NCBI GenBank assembly: GCA_965235115.1
Contig: OZ249436.1
Location: 14,942,001-15,006,000, forward strand
Reading direction: 5' to 3'
Length of the DNA: 64,000 bases
Source: Laetmonice hystrix
Taxonomy: Eukaryota
This document shows positions 51,171 through 64,000 of this stretch, one piece after another (position 1 is the first letter of the stretch; each line of letters starts with the position of its first letter). The notes under the pieces are model-generated. The model ran no database searches. It worked only from the letters and a program-made list of their open reading frames with translations, and had not been told where the DNA came from. The position numbers were made by a program, and so were the translations under genes.

Positions 51171-52255
51171 CCTCTAGGTAGCACCTACATCATATTATTA
51201 TATAGTAATGATAACTGATAAGGCTAGGTCATCCTAGAGTACATTAGCATTTTATCGTCCTATCTAAGCTTGTGCTAATGTACTCCAACAAGGACCGATG
51301 TGCAGGTGCTGCGGCCATGCGGATTTGACTGGAAAGCCCCGTTGCGCTGCTTGCGCATGCGTCTAATGTACCCCATTATTTATACTGATGCAGTGACGGG
51401 TCACAGTCACAGTCTAAAGCTAGGCTTTCATGTAAGCGTTGTGCGTCGATGTTCAGCGTCGACGTCGCTCACACCACATCCATGTGCGTGCTATGTTTGA
51501 AATCATTTGATGAACGTCTGTGAGGAACGACCTTTTTTTTCTCTGGCGAATGTAATTTTTGTAATGTGGTAATATAGGCTATATATACGAGTAGTAGGGG
51601 CCTACATCACAACATTCAGGCTATTATTAGGCCTACTATTTGATAATAAGATATCTTTTAAAACTCTAAGCTCACCTTGAAACTATCCTAATGTATTTAG
51701 TGAAATTATGATACATTGATACTTATACCAACTGCATGACAAAACTGTATTCCATCCTTATCTGACGTGGTTTCCTTATTGCACCTTCCACCAGGGAACG
51801 CGGTTCTATATAGGACAGGGAATCCCCGTCCCACTTTCCATATACATGTATGGTGCACGTCTGGTACGCGTCGACGTTTTGATCTCTCACCGAGTAATCG
51901 GAAGACGTCATCGCTGACGTTGACACTGCACGCCGTAGCGTCACGTTCACATGGATGGTGGCATGTAGAAAACACTTGTTTCCATTTTTCACGCCGACAA
52001 ACACCTCACACTGACGCACAATGCATACATGGATGCCTAGCTTTAGGCCTGGTTTCTTGAACATACTTAAGTCTAAATTTCACTCAAATTGACTTCTGAA
52101 GGATGGGTCCATGAACAGGATGCGGCATTTGCGAATGGGTCATTAAAATGAAAGACATACTTGTAATAAATGTAATTTTTCTGCTGTCATTTATTAGAAA
52201 ATCTGTAGCAGCCTGATACTTTAGTACCAGTGCCCAAGAACTTTAACCAGTAGAA

Positions 52256-55200
52256 ATGGGTCGAACAAAGGGGCCACGGCTGAGACGCAAGAAGATTTGT
52301 GAAAGTGTGCGACAACAGGTAAACCTCAGGAAGCAAGTTATTCATAACTACTGTACCCTGAAAAAAAAAGTTGAGTTCTAAACTGAAGGTTAAGGATCAA
52401 TGACAAGTACAAGTCTACTAATCTTATGTGTAAACCTACAAGATTGAAGAATACTCTTGCCAGTATGATCTATGCCAAGTCTGTCATAATGATGATACTT
52501 TATAAAAGTCCCAGGATAAAGTACAATTTATAAGCAATTTATTAATTCAAGTAGCAGCTTTTGTACTGCAAAGTTCAAATTTTACTCTTCCTGTAGATGG
52601 AGTTTTACTTCAGTGATGCAAATCTCCAGAAGGACAGATTTCTGAAACGTGAAATGGAGCAACAAGAGGATAGATGTGAGCTTCTTTTTTATTCTATCAT
52701 CACTTACAATACTGATGCTACGAGAGAGGTTGGGGCAGTAATTAGCAATACCTCATGACTTAAATACATCCAACAGCCACTGATAAAGTTTGGGAATGAG
52801 TATATTGTTTTTTACAAGTATCCATTAAGCATTTAGCAGAATGAAAAGAATTGCTTTTACAAATTTGAGAATGGGCCCTTTAAAAATGCATGTTCATAAG
52901 CTTTTTTGCTATAAGCATACATGTACTTTGTATTTGATAATTTGTCTTGAAGGTTTGTCTTTCTGTAGACTGTAGCATATGCAATACATCATGTGCTAAA
53001 TGTAGTATGTGCATGTTTCTTTCTGTCAATAGATGTGCCGTTGGCTACTTTTCTCACTTTCAACAAAATCCAGAATTTGGCAACAGATATTGATGTTTTG
53101 AAATGGGCTGTCTCAAAATCAGAAGTTCTGGAGGTATGTTGGTTCATGATGGCATATCTGTGATACACAGTTCAATACCTAGGCTGTTCAGGGAACCTAG
53201 GTCACGTAAATTCTGTTTACTAAAGCACTTCATCACAGTAGAAAATACACCTAGTTCTGCATACAGAGGTATCTCTGCTCTCGCTAAGAAGATCCAGGAT
53301 AAAATTTTAGTTATGTATATTTGTATCCCTCAGGAAGGTGTATACTGTATCTTGAACAGTTGAAAATTGAATTGTACTGAGGAAAATCAGGGAATGACAT
53401 AATTGCAAATTGTTTGAGCTATTTGTCAGAAGTTGCTCTCTGTTTTAATAGCTCAGTTCAAATAAGAAGATGGTGCGCAGAACAACGCCATTCATTGACA
53501 GGTCTACAGAAGAAGTGAATGAATGCACAGTATATGTTGTAAGTTTCCAGTTTATGTAATCAAATGTCACGTCCACCAAATGCTGTTGGCTCTGTACTTT
53601 TTTGAAAATTGAAATAATCTATATAAAGTTATATTTTTCCTTTTGTCCTTTTTCAGGGTTAGTAATAAACGATAGAAGAGTCCTTTTAAGGTTAGGGTTA
53701 AAAGATAGTATGTATCTGTTCTAAAAAAAGGTGATTGAAGGAATCTATATACAAAGTTTTATTTGGGATTATTTCTTCAACCTTGAGTCACCTTCCAATA
53801 CATAGTGACAGTCATATCATTTGTTCAAGACAGAGTAGGTCCTGTTGGGGGGGCTGTACGCTTTATAAGCTTGTTTAACATAACAATGACAGAATTTTCT
53901 TTCACTATATAAAAATTGTGGTATTAAGACAAAATGATTTTTGCCACTGGCTCAAAGATCAGATGTGAAAATTTCATAGATCAGTGTGATTCCAAGAGTA
54001 CCATGTCTCAGTTGATCTCATTGAGGGCCTAAGCCATCGATTGTCAATATAGAATCTGAAGCTCCTGTTAATTTATCTCATTGATAATCTCTCTCTCTCT
54101 GATCACTATCAACACAATGTAATGCTATTAATATATACATATTTAACAGGAATGTCTGCCATCAACAGCTGACCATGATTGGCTAAAACAAATTTTTAGT
54201 GCTCATGGAGAAGTAACATATGTCAGTCTGCCACGATACAAGACGACGGGGGACATAAAAGGATTTGCATTTATTGAGTACAAAACTAAGGAAGGAGCAG
54301 AGCAGGCATGTGCAGCAGTGAGTATTTGTGGTACATTATGTGTGTCATGAAATCATTACTTTCAAAATAGACAAGCTTCCATATGGGAATCGGCATGGAA
54401 CAATATCTACCTCGCCATAAGTTAAAAATAGATACTTCCACAAGGATAAATCTAGATGGTCATTCTTTATCCAAAGATATTGTTACGTCGACGTAACAAT
54501 ATCTTTGCTTTATCTCTGAATAATGTTAACGATTCTTTCACCTTTAGAATTATCTCATTGTATTTTGGTGTGATCTATTTTATTTTTTTAAATAGAACCA
54601 GTCTGCTGAGACAGAGACAGAAAAGGCTGGCAAGTTTCCAAAGTTTAACAAGCAAATTCTGACAATCAACAAACAGATCTCTGCTTCTCAGCCTTCAGGT
54701 AAGTTCAGGGTGTCAGGAGATATAGATCTTTAATATCTTAAAAATATTTCTATGCCACAGTAGGTGCTTGTGTTTTTATACCATAATTGATGCGATGCTA
54801 GAACACTTCTTTTGTGATTAAATGTTAGAAAGGAGATGGCGGAGTTCCTATCTGTATTTTTAAATAGAATATGGGGATGATTATTTAAATAGAATTTATT
54901 TGATATAATTTTAAATTAGCATTAATGTGGTTTGCAACATTGACAATTGACGTGTTTTTATGCAGCAGAAGGGAAACAACGTCCTCGACGTCGCCGAAAC
55001 ACAAGTGATAGTAGTGGAGGTGGTGGGGACACTCAGGATGAGGGTGGACTCAAGCGTGCCAGAGAGTCACTAGGGGACCCCGCTGATGGCGACCAGGGCA
55101 GCAAAATGTTCTGGATTGATCGATGTGGGCGTAAGCGCAGTAAGAGCAGCTCAGTGTCTGATGTTGAAACATCCTCTACTGGGGAGAAGGCAGCATCTGC

Positions 55201-57276
55201 AGAAACAACCAGAAATAAACGTAAGAGAAAACGATCGAGTGTGGACCCCGACCAAACTGATGAAGCTCAGGAGAAAGCAAAGAAAATGAGTTTATCCAAA
55301 GGTGATAGTAAGACAGAAATCCTGAAGACAGAACAAGGGGATAGTAAAGCTGAACTTATTCAAATCTCTGCACCCACTGAACGAGACATCAGTGAAACCA
55401 AAGAAGATACATCACAGGATCTGAGTAAACAATCTCAACAAGCAAGTGTTGCAACAGAAAGCAAAGAAATGTCATCACCAAGAACTGATGTTAAGCCAAA
55501 GGTAGAAAACGCTTCTTTGGAAAGCCCAAATCTAGGAAGTGGCATTAAAGAAGAGACAGAAACGCAGAAAATACCATCAGAGCAGGCCACAGATATCCCA
55601 CAAGAAACAGACAAGAGGGAACAGTCAAAGCAGGAATGTAAACAAATGCCATCTGAATCATCTGAAGACAAAAGTGAAAAAGTTGAGGAATCAGACGACT
55701 CATTAAAAGGGGTAATTGTTGACAAAAGTAAGAGAAAGCGTGTAAGTGATTGTGCGACAGGTGAGGATGGTGAAAAAGAGGTGAAACCAAAACGTGTCAG
55801 AATCAATGAAGAGGTCGATGTTCAGGAACCCACAGTGGCTGTTGGAAAGAAGAGGAGAAAGAGAAGGCAAAACAAGGATCAGAAAGAGAAAGTTCCAGAA
55901 TGCAAGCCAAGATTGAAGGTTATACCAAAGTAGGCTGGTTTAATTTGAAAATACTTCACTGTGGAATTTGTAAAACACTGATCATTTGAACATGGCTAGG
56001 TGGACAGCACAAATAATCAGGCTGTTAATGGTTCCACAGGGACTGGCCTCTTTGTCCATACTGTGGCAGAGTTAGGCAACTGCTGAGCTGATTACGTTTT
56101 GTTATTTCAGACAAGAGTGGCTGCGACTACGTAAGGAGTATTTGTCTCTTCAGAAAGACAGCATGACAGCATTGAAGAAATCGTTAAAAAAGGTTTCTTA
56201 CCAAGAGGGTAAGATCTGCATCCAAAAGTAACCAGTGTGACAATATACCAGGAGGAGGGTCCTACTGCAGAGTTTGGATATTCATCAAATTCCCCCCCCC
56301 CCCCCCAAAAAAAAAGTTGAAAGTCTCCAGGAGTAATATGAACTATGCCATGTCAATTTTGACATTGTACAAATGATCAAAGTTAATGGCATGCAAGCCG
56401 TTAGGCCTTTACAACATCACGTTAGTGGAATCGGATGTCATGTTCCCCCAGTATCTGAACCATGTTCTGATTGAATTCTCCGTCACTATCTCCTTTTGTC
56501 CTTCAGAAAGTCGGACAGAGATGGAGACCTGCGTTGAAGACAACCCAGCTGGAAAACCTTTTGAAGATAAGAGTCCCCAGTTTGAAGTCGGTGTCATCAT
56601 CAAGGCCACTAGCACCGAACCAATGAGGAGAAAAGAACTCTGTGTAAATATGAGTGGCGTCAAATACTAGAAAAATTCAACCTACTTGTAAAAGTATTAT
56701 CTCATTTAACATTTGAATCTCGTATCCTTAAAATAGTATAAGCTCACACAGGTTTTACAGCACTTTAGTTTGTATATGTTACAGAAACAACTGTCGACAG
56801 TTGGAGAAGTTGCATACATTGACCTCAAGGACGGAACAACTGAGGCCCATGTCAGGTGCAAGACTCCAGAGGATGCACAGAAGATAATTGCCATGGACCA
56901 GGGTAATCTTTCATTGAGCCTCCTGGATGGAGAAAATGAGACGAAGTACTGGGAGAAGATAACAGAAGACCGGGAGAGGACGATGTCGAAGAGAACAAGA
57001 ACCAAAAAAAGTGGTGCCAAAAAGGTACGTATAGGGGCTGACACCCGACTCCCGTTCTGGAGTTTTATGTTTTACAGAAAAATTCTTTTCTACTTTAAAG
57101 CTTTTTAAAGAATGATAAATTTGCACATATATATTGCAATCACACCATAACTCTTTTATTCTTTAAAAACAATTATTTCTTTCCAGCTAATAGAAAGAGC
57201 TGAACGAATGATTGTCCAGGGAGTTCCAAAGAAGCATGTCATCTTTGACGTTGATGACGATCCCGAACCTGTGTGA
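52256..57276 (+). CDS. LARP7: La-related protein 7 (La motif, RRM1, charged linker, C-terminal xRRM; about 709 aa)
   Basis: Exons 52256-52318, 52597-52675 (EFYFSDANLQKDRFL), 53033-53133, 53452-53538, 54150-54317 (VSLPRYKTTGDIKGFAFIEY), 54596-54698, 54966-55929, 56111-56208 (EWLRLRKEYLSLQK), 56507-56643, 56785-57024 (GEVAYID...YWEKITEDR) and 57187-57276 (KHVIFD) sum to 2130 nt in frame. AATAAA at 57967. Confidence 0.92.
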
Positions 57277-58374
57277 ATAGGTCGAGTCGGATCCAGAACA
57301 GAAACTTGATGGGGCCTCTAACAAACGAAACAAATGTCATAATGCTGGGTGTTGTTAAAAACCTGTTGTAATACTAGTATGGTACCGATTTGGTATGAAT
57401 CGAGATTACCACGCCACTGTGAATTCATAATCTAGTGATATCGTTCGTACTAAGTGACAGCTATAGCAAATATAGAATCTCCTGTTACTAATAGGTAGTG
57501 TAGGTGGTAGTACATGTACATGGTGAAGATTCTTGTGCATTTCCAACATGAAAATATCTACGAGTAGAAGTAAGCTCTCATCTGTTCCCAAGGATCTAAA
57601 ATGCTGCAGTATTTTTCAAAGGCCCTGTCTGTCCTTGCTTCGTATTTCAAGACCCATTATACACATCGATTTTTTTAAATACATGTACAGAAAACTACTC
57701 TCACAATATGGGAAGCATTATGTTTAACCCAGTGTTATTTGCTGAAAGTAAATCGATTAGGTCGGTGTTATAACATATATTTGTTATTTGTAGGGTGCGA
57801 ATGTTGTCCACGCAACGAAGTATAACTTTCTTTGTTTAAGACCAAGTAATCATTCACTTCGTGATAATAGTCTACATAATTATGGCTGAATGGTACATGA
57901 ACTTGTTCGTTTTATGTAATTAAAATATAAGTTACGTTAATGAAATGTATAAGTTTTGTTTCTATGAATAAAGGCGTTTTTGTGGTATCCAAGGTTGTCC
58001 AGTGCCTTCTAAATCACCTATGTCAAGCTTCACCTATGTCAATCCAGGTTCTTTTTTACACAACATTTTGCTTTTTCTTCCCACTCCTCCCGACTGTGCT
58101 GTAGATTTACCCGAATCCGTTCCGAGATGATTTGTTTTATCATAATAAAGCGGTTCCATTAACTAGTTTTAGACCCAGATTAACACGACGGACCCATATC
58201 ATGGTCGTATCTTGGCATCTCGGGAAACGAACGAAAACCATTCTCGCACAGAACCATTTTTATGGCGAACGCCAAATGACATCTCTCAGGGAAATAAGTT
58301 AAGATCATTCTTGGAAAATGTAAACTCCCCGCAATGTGAATGTACCATCAGTTTCAGGTTTGGGACGGGTGTAA

Positions 58375-58538
58375 AGCTGTATCCTCACTGGACGCGTGCG
58401 ACGCGAGCATTTATTTTAGAAGTAATGGAAATGAATGGAGCCATCTGCACTGGCCGCGCGCGACATTTTTTGTGACGCGCTCCATTCATTTCCATTACTT
58501 CTTTAGAAAAAATGCGCGCGTCCAGTGAGGATACAGCT
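58375..58538. mobile_element. 164-bp fold-back PIF/Harbinger-type MITE
   Basis: Perfect TIR AGCTGTATCCTCACTGGACGCG; TAA TSD at 58372-58374 and 58539-58541; inner arms also complementary. Confidence 0.9.
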
Positions 58539-61500
58539 TAAGGATTGCTAAGTGGATCAGATGGACAGATGCTATTATAATTCGCTCTTCCACAGAAGTT
58601 TGCTAAAGGCATTAAGCCCGGTTTGCTGGGACACCCCCCCCCCCCACCTCCATGTACAATTCGCTAAGTCATTAATTTGTTTGGATTGATCATAACTGAC
58701 AATTCGCACACCGATAGGTAATTATAACGCTAGTGTCGCTGCCTCGAGGGCAGCTAGTACGCCGACGTTAGCATACGCCAAATGGAAATATCACACTTAA
58801 AACTCGGCAAACAGAAATCCCAATCCTGGCCTAATGATAACATCGAAGCTACAGGTGATGTTCAATGGATTAACTGCTTTCATATTCCACCGTTTCATAT
58901 ACTTCTTTCTAATGGTAGTGGGGAAGGCCAATTACAAATTACCATAGGCCTACCTTTAGAATTCATTCATATAATAAAGCAAACACATGGGGTTAAAAAT
59001 CAACAGCAATTTATTTATCATATAACCATTGAAGAATCGACAATAAAACTGAGCCCCAACTTTTATTCCCTAGCAGCATGGCAGTAAAAGCAATTTACCT
59101 GCAGAGAAAAAAATCCTTGCTCTGAAAGCCTGAACTGGGTGGAGCGTTAGCTTTAGAACCACGTCCGCTGGGAAGCTGGCCCTCTACAGGCTGGACAAAA
59201 TCCATGTTATATGCACCAGATAAAGAGTAAATATCAAAAACAATGCTTGCCATGTAATAACAATAACAGTGAAGCACAAAAGAACTGTTCAACTGCCAGA
59301 AAAAAAGGGGGAACGCAAATAATAAACGTGTTCAACCACTGCTAACATTTGTCCCCGTAAACTATGTATCGGGTGTGGCTATCAGTTTATCGTGTACTTA
59401 GTATCATGACATTCGATAAAGAAAACCCAGGATTTTTTTTCTCACGAAGAGGAGCATCACGTCTAGCTAACGTAGTCATAACAGTGATAATCAGAAACAT
59501 GTATAAAAATTATACAATGCTTAATTTAAACCCTTTTCCATGCTAAATTTGGCATGTGGTTGGCCTTGGTTTTACTACCTCATGCAGGCCACTGCTGCCA
59601 TGCACAATTACACTCAGAACCGGTGTGTACTTCCTGACTGGTGAATGATTAGGACACACTGAAAAATCATTCGGCCTGCTGAAAATTAACTGGAAAACTA
59701 CTTCAAACTGATAAATTATATCTAAATGCGTTAAGTATTGTTTTGACACTGAATTGTTGTGTCGCCCATTTCATGGCGTATGTCAGTCCATGTGCTAAAA
59801 TCTGCCCTAGTTTTTTTTCCACGTAAAGATAGTTTTACCCTTTAGGGTAAATAAGACTGAAACATGTATGGCCTAATAATAATGACAATAATAATAATTA
59901 TATTTATAATAATATCACATCGTATTACTGCACTGTCAGCAAGAACAAGACAACCAAACATCGAGCTCAATACCATGCTACTCTGTTATACATTTTAGCA
60001 TGCCTCAATCAAAACAATCGTGCGTGAATAAAAGCTGATATAAATATATATCGTGATTAATAAAAGTTTAACAAATATTTTACATTAAAACACTCCAGAT
60101 TGTAAACAAAACATTAGTGTTATTCTTGAACTAACAGAACATCCTAGTAACATAATTGTAACGAATGAGATACCAATTGCATACAAACATCAACAATTAA
60201 CATGAGATCTGATCATAGTCTTCAGTAATCAATTATCTACTTGATAATATTGCTGTACACCCAAACTCCAAGACTTGAGATTTCAGGTCACACCAAGAAG
60301 AATTTTCGACGCAGCCCTCAAGGGGCGCACGTCCAGTACACCACGTTTCCCGTTAGGTGGAGACACTTACCCGTGACCAACCTGCCACGTTTCTACCGCA
60401 TGACGAAAAAGCTGCTTGCATAGACCGTACTAAGGATATGAATATAACCATGTCAAACACCTAGCCTGGCTTACACGTACTGGCCACTGGGACCGCGTTG
60501 TGTGAAATGTGTGAAGTTAAACACCTAGGCACTTCCACAAGAGTCGCATCCACCCTCTATATGTAGATATTACTTGACACAGAAATGCATAGATTTCCAG
60601 AGGCGTATTCGTTAACCTGCCCAGATTAAGTTATTCAGGTTAACAGTTAGGGAAACTCTAGTTCTCAGTGGGCACTTGGGAGAAGAAGAAATCCATACAT
60701 GTATGTACACGTGAAAGAAGGATTACACTTGAAACGATTCAAATGTTTGCATCCGATTGAAACGATTGTCCCCAAGGCCACAGTTATATGATATGTTTAA
60801 AGCAATTCGACTATAAGAGCGCGCAAAACTGTGAGGTGTGCTAGAGGCTGTACATAGTCAAAGAATACGTCTAACAGTCAATATACAATACATGGTATCA
60901 CATAAAAACTGCCACAATATGCACGGCGCATGGAGAACCCTCTATACAGAGAGCCTTACAGAGGTATAGTATGGTGAGGGAGAATTCGAATATTTGATTT
61001 GGAAGGCGTATATAGTATGCGATTCTCATAATGAAGTCCTCAATTCCATCACTAATATGCCAATCATAAAGTATTGGTAATTCCACTACCAGGTATCTTG
61101 CCACATTTAAATACTCATACCCGTTTACAAGTTCCATTCTTCCATAAATTTTCACAACTTTTCACGCATTTCCCTTTTACCACCTGTATGAAAGTTCTTG
61201 GTTGTTCCACCCACTCGCCATTTTCTAACACTTAACCGACTACTTAGTTGAATTCCACTCGTAGTTCCTCTTTTCTTTTCCTTATTACAGAGTACTGGTA
61301 GTTTAGTAAATAGGCTACCCCTTCCACTTCCAACACACACTTCCACCTCAATTCCCATCATCCAGGCAAAAGTACTCGGAGACATTTACAAATTACCCCC
61401 ATGGAGATCAGGTACACATGTCTATATCACGGTGTACTGGCATGCTATTGTAAGTCTTTCGTATATCCTGCACAACTCGGCCCTCGGAACAGCCTAGTTA

Positions 61501-64000
61501 CGACAGATCCATCTAACAAGTCGTTATCAAGCCAAGTCCTTACCCTAAAATTGTCCTTAAATTCGGGTTAAAAATTCACTTCGATCTTATCATTTTGAAT
61601 ATATAATACTCTTCATTATAATATAATATAACTGCACAGAGCAACAGCTCATTATAACGACTTTCTGATAACATTGGGCCTCATATATTGAGACCCGACG
61701 GCGACTTTCACTTACTAACTTTCAATGCCACCGACAAACATCAAACAGCATTATCTTTCTTTGGCACTGATCCAGTTTAGCATGTTAAGTTGAGCCCTTT
61801 TCACACACTGGCAATTGCGATAATTTTCTATAATGGTCTCTTTAAAGTAAAATTCTGATTACTCTAGCGGTAAGTTACTCTTCATAATAACCTCTTGGAA
61901 TATTCCGGGGTAATAGAACTGTTTTCAATCTGTATCGGCAACTTGTAGAAAATTGGTAAAAGTTCTTTTTGGTAAAAGAACTCAAGTAAGGAAATCTTGG
62001 GACTTTTGAATGAAAGGATAGTTAAACATATACACAAAGAAATTAATATGTACAAATTTTTTGCTGTACATTAGACCATACCGGTACACTAGACATTTAG
62101 AAGTTAATGTGAAAGATCTGTGGCACATTTTAACAAAGGCATTAAGAAAAAACACCTCATTAGAACAAGTAGTAGAAGTTGAATCACCCATTCATTGCAT
62201 CAGTTAATGGTAGGCAAACCGGTTCCCTTACAGGGTGTCATGAATGTGGGTAACCTTCTTTGACTTTCAATTAATGAAAACCTTTATCTCCTGATTTATT
62301 TCCCTCCGTACTGAACATCACGTTGCATGCCGTTTTTTTCACTCATCAAATGGAGACCCTTAAACGTTACATGAATCAAAATGATTTATGGAAAACACAT
62401 TTGACAAACCTCCTTTTTTCAAGGTCACATGCTACGACCCACGCATTATCTTGTTACATTCATTTCACAACCATTTCACCTTAGGAGGTTCCAATTTAAA
62501 GACTCTTTTTCAATACCAAACCTTTTGGTAAAATTTCTACCATGATTCTTACGAGACAGTATTAACTTAAGAACATTCTCCACCAGGCCATATTAAATAA
62601 ATACGAATTTTCACCCGAGGAGTAGTAATCACGATATAAACATAATTTATACCGCATATGTATATTTCTATTTGAAGTAACATAAATGTAAATCTACTCA
62701 GGAAAAAAAAATAATATCGATTGGTTTATTGGTGACATAATTGCTAGCGCCTTCTAATTAAAGTAATTATGTGAGTTTCCACATACTTGTAGCTGTCCCC
62801 TTTTTTTAGATCATCGGGAGAAATAAGAACGATAGTGAAGTTGTAACAAGCTGTTAAGGCTGGGAAAATTGTTGCTGATGCTGCCATGTTGAACGATTGC
62901 TGGGTACCCTTACTAATGAATTTTGCTCAATTTTTGTTATTACACTATCAAATAAACAATTACGCATATCAGTATATATACGAGTGGTAAAAGGAAACAT
63001 TCAACAGTTGTGCAGGAGTTGAAGCATGTCACCTTTACTTGTGCAGCCAAAGTCCTTTAATTAACCTTGCGCGCTATGAAGGAGTTACTAAGAGAAAGAT
63101 CAGGGTATTCTTCAATATGCAAACATCCAGTACAATGACTACAACTGGTGAAGTACTAGAGCGATTTTCGCTTTTAAAACTCAAATTATACAACATCGTC
63201 ACAATGCTTGCACCACCGCACAACAATTGCAAAGTTGAAATGTAAGTTCTATGTAATATACCACCCGATAGTCATCACAATGGCAATATGAAAGCTACAG
63301 TCTTTACACTTTAGAAGCTTACCCTTTGAGATCCTCATTCTGAATACAGTACATCAAGGCATTGAACAGCACATAATGGATACACTGTACTAAAACAGTC
63401 TCCCTTAGATAATGGCTGAATACACATTACTGTGGATGTTCTTTACACTCAAGCATGCCACCACAGCAGCTGTGCCCTTAGGACTGACTTATAGCTAGCA
63501 CTAATTTATCACATGGCTATCAATAACGAACTAAATAGCAGATGATCACATTTTGTCACTCCCTTTACGTGAGTAGCGGCAGAGCATACAATGCCCAACA
63601 TCAGCCCATGCGTCGTTATTGGTTTGGCACTACTAAGTAACCCCAGCATTCACTTGCCTCATCCAAAGAAATGGGACTATTTTTAGTTTGTACAACATCC
63701 AGCAGATGGCTCTGCAAACAAGCTAAAGTCATAGCTTCCACATGGACCAGTTCATAAGAATATCAGCCTTGGAAAAAAAATATATTAGGAGATCTATAAT
63801 AAAACCCTGATGTGGACCATTGTCCGTAAGTGTTTAATTACAAGAATCCAAATTATACATCCACTGCTTAATAACAGTACCCCGTAACATATGCAGCTGG
63901 CAAAGGGACAATATCGAGATGCTGCATTTTCTGGTGAAGGGTACTTCTTCAGTGAGGGTTCCTGAGGATTTCCTGTGAAACAGACAGCGTCCAATGCAAG

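Noticed and set aside
51237-51285. 13-bp inverted repeat GAGTACATTAGCA...TGCTAATGTACTC
   Set aside because: Short and isolated, with no TSD or second copy of the full structure; significance is unclear.

Overview
Animal (invertebrate-like) genomic DNA with spliceosomal introns and many transposon relics; no prokaryotic features. Bases 1-40 kb hold a cluster of nine paralogous small genes, most of which the ORF track misses because they are split across short exons. Each has the same architecture: a non-coding exon, a signal-peptide exon, a Thr/Ala-rich exon and a GPI-signal-like exon, with coding-intron phases 1 and 0. They encode 101-104 aa precursors of roughly 55-60 aa, Cys-free, putatively GPI-anchored glycopeptides, architecturally like CD24/CD52. 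Six copies form a recent near-identical tandem array on the minus strand (4.1-6.1 kb units, probably continuing off the left edge), and three are strongly diverged paralogs, two of them head-to-head. The spacers carry lineage-specific MITEs, a LINE fragment, a minisatellite of CTCF-like motifs, a 52-bp minisatellite and a tandem array of tRNA-derived units. Bases 41.8-58 kb hold an ankyrin-repeat DHHC palmitoyltransferase (minus, 9 coding exons, about 586 aa, nested transposons in one intron) head-to-head with LARP7 (plus, 11 coding exons, about 709 aa). Bases 58-64 kb are mostly intergenic. All exon models were derived by hand from splice sites and frame continuity; no searches were run.
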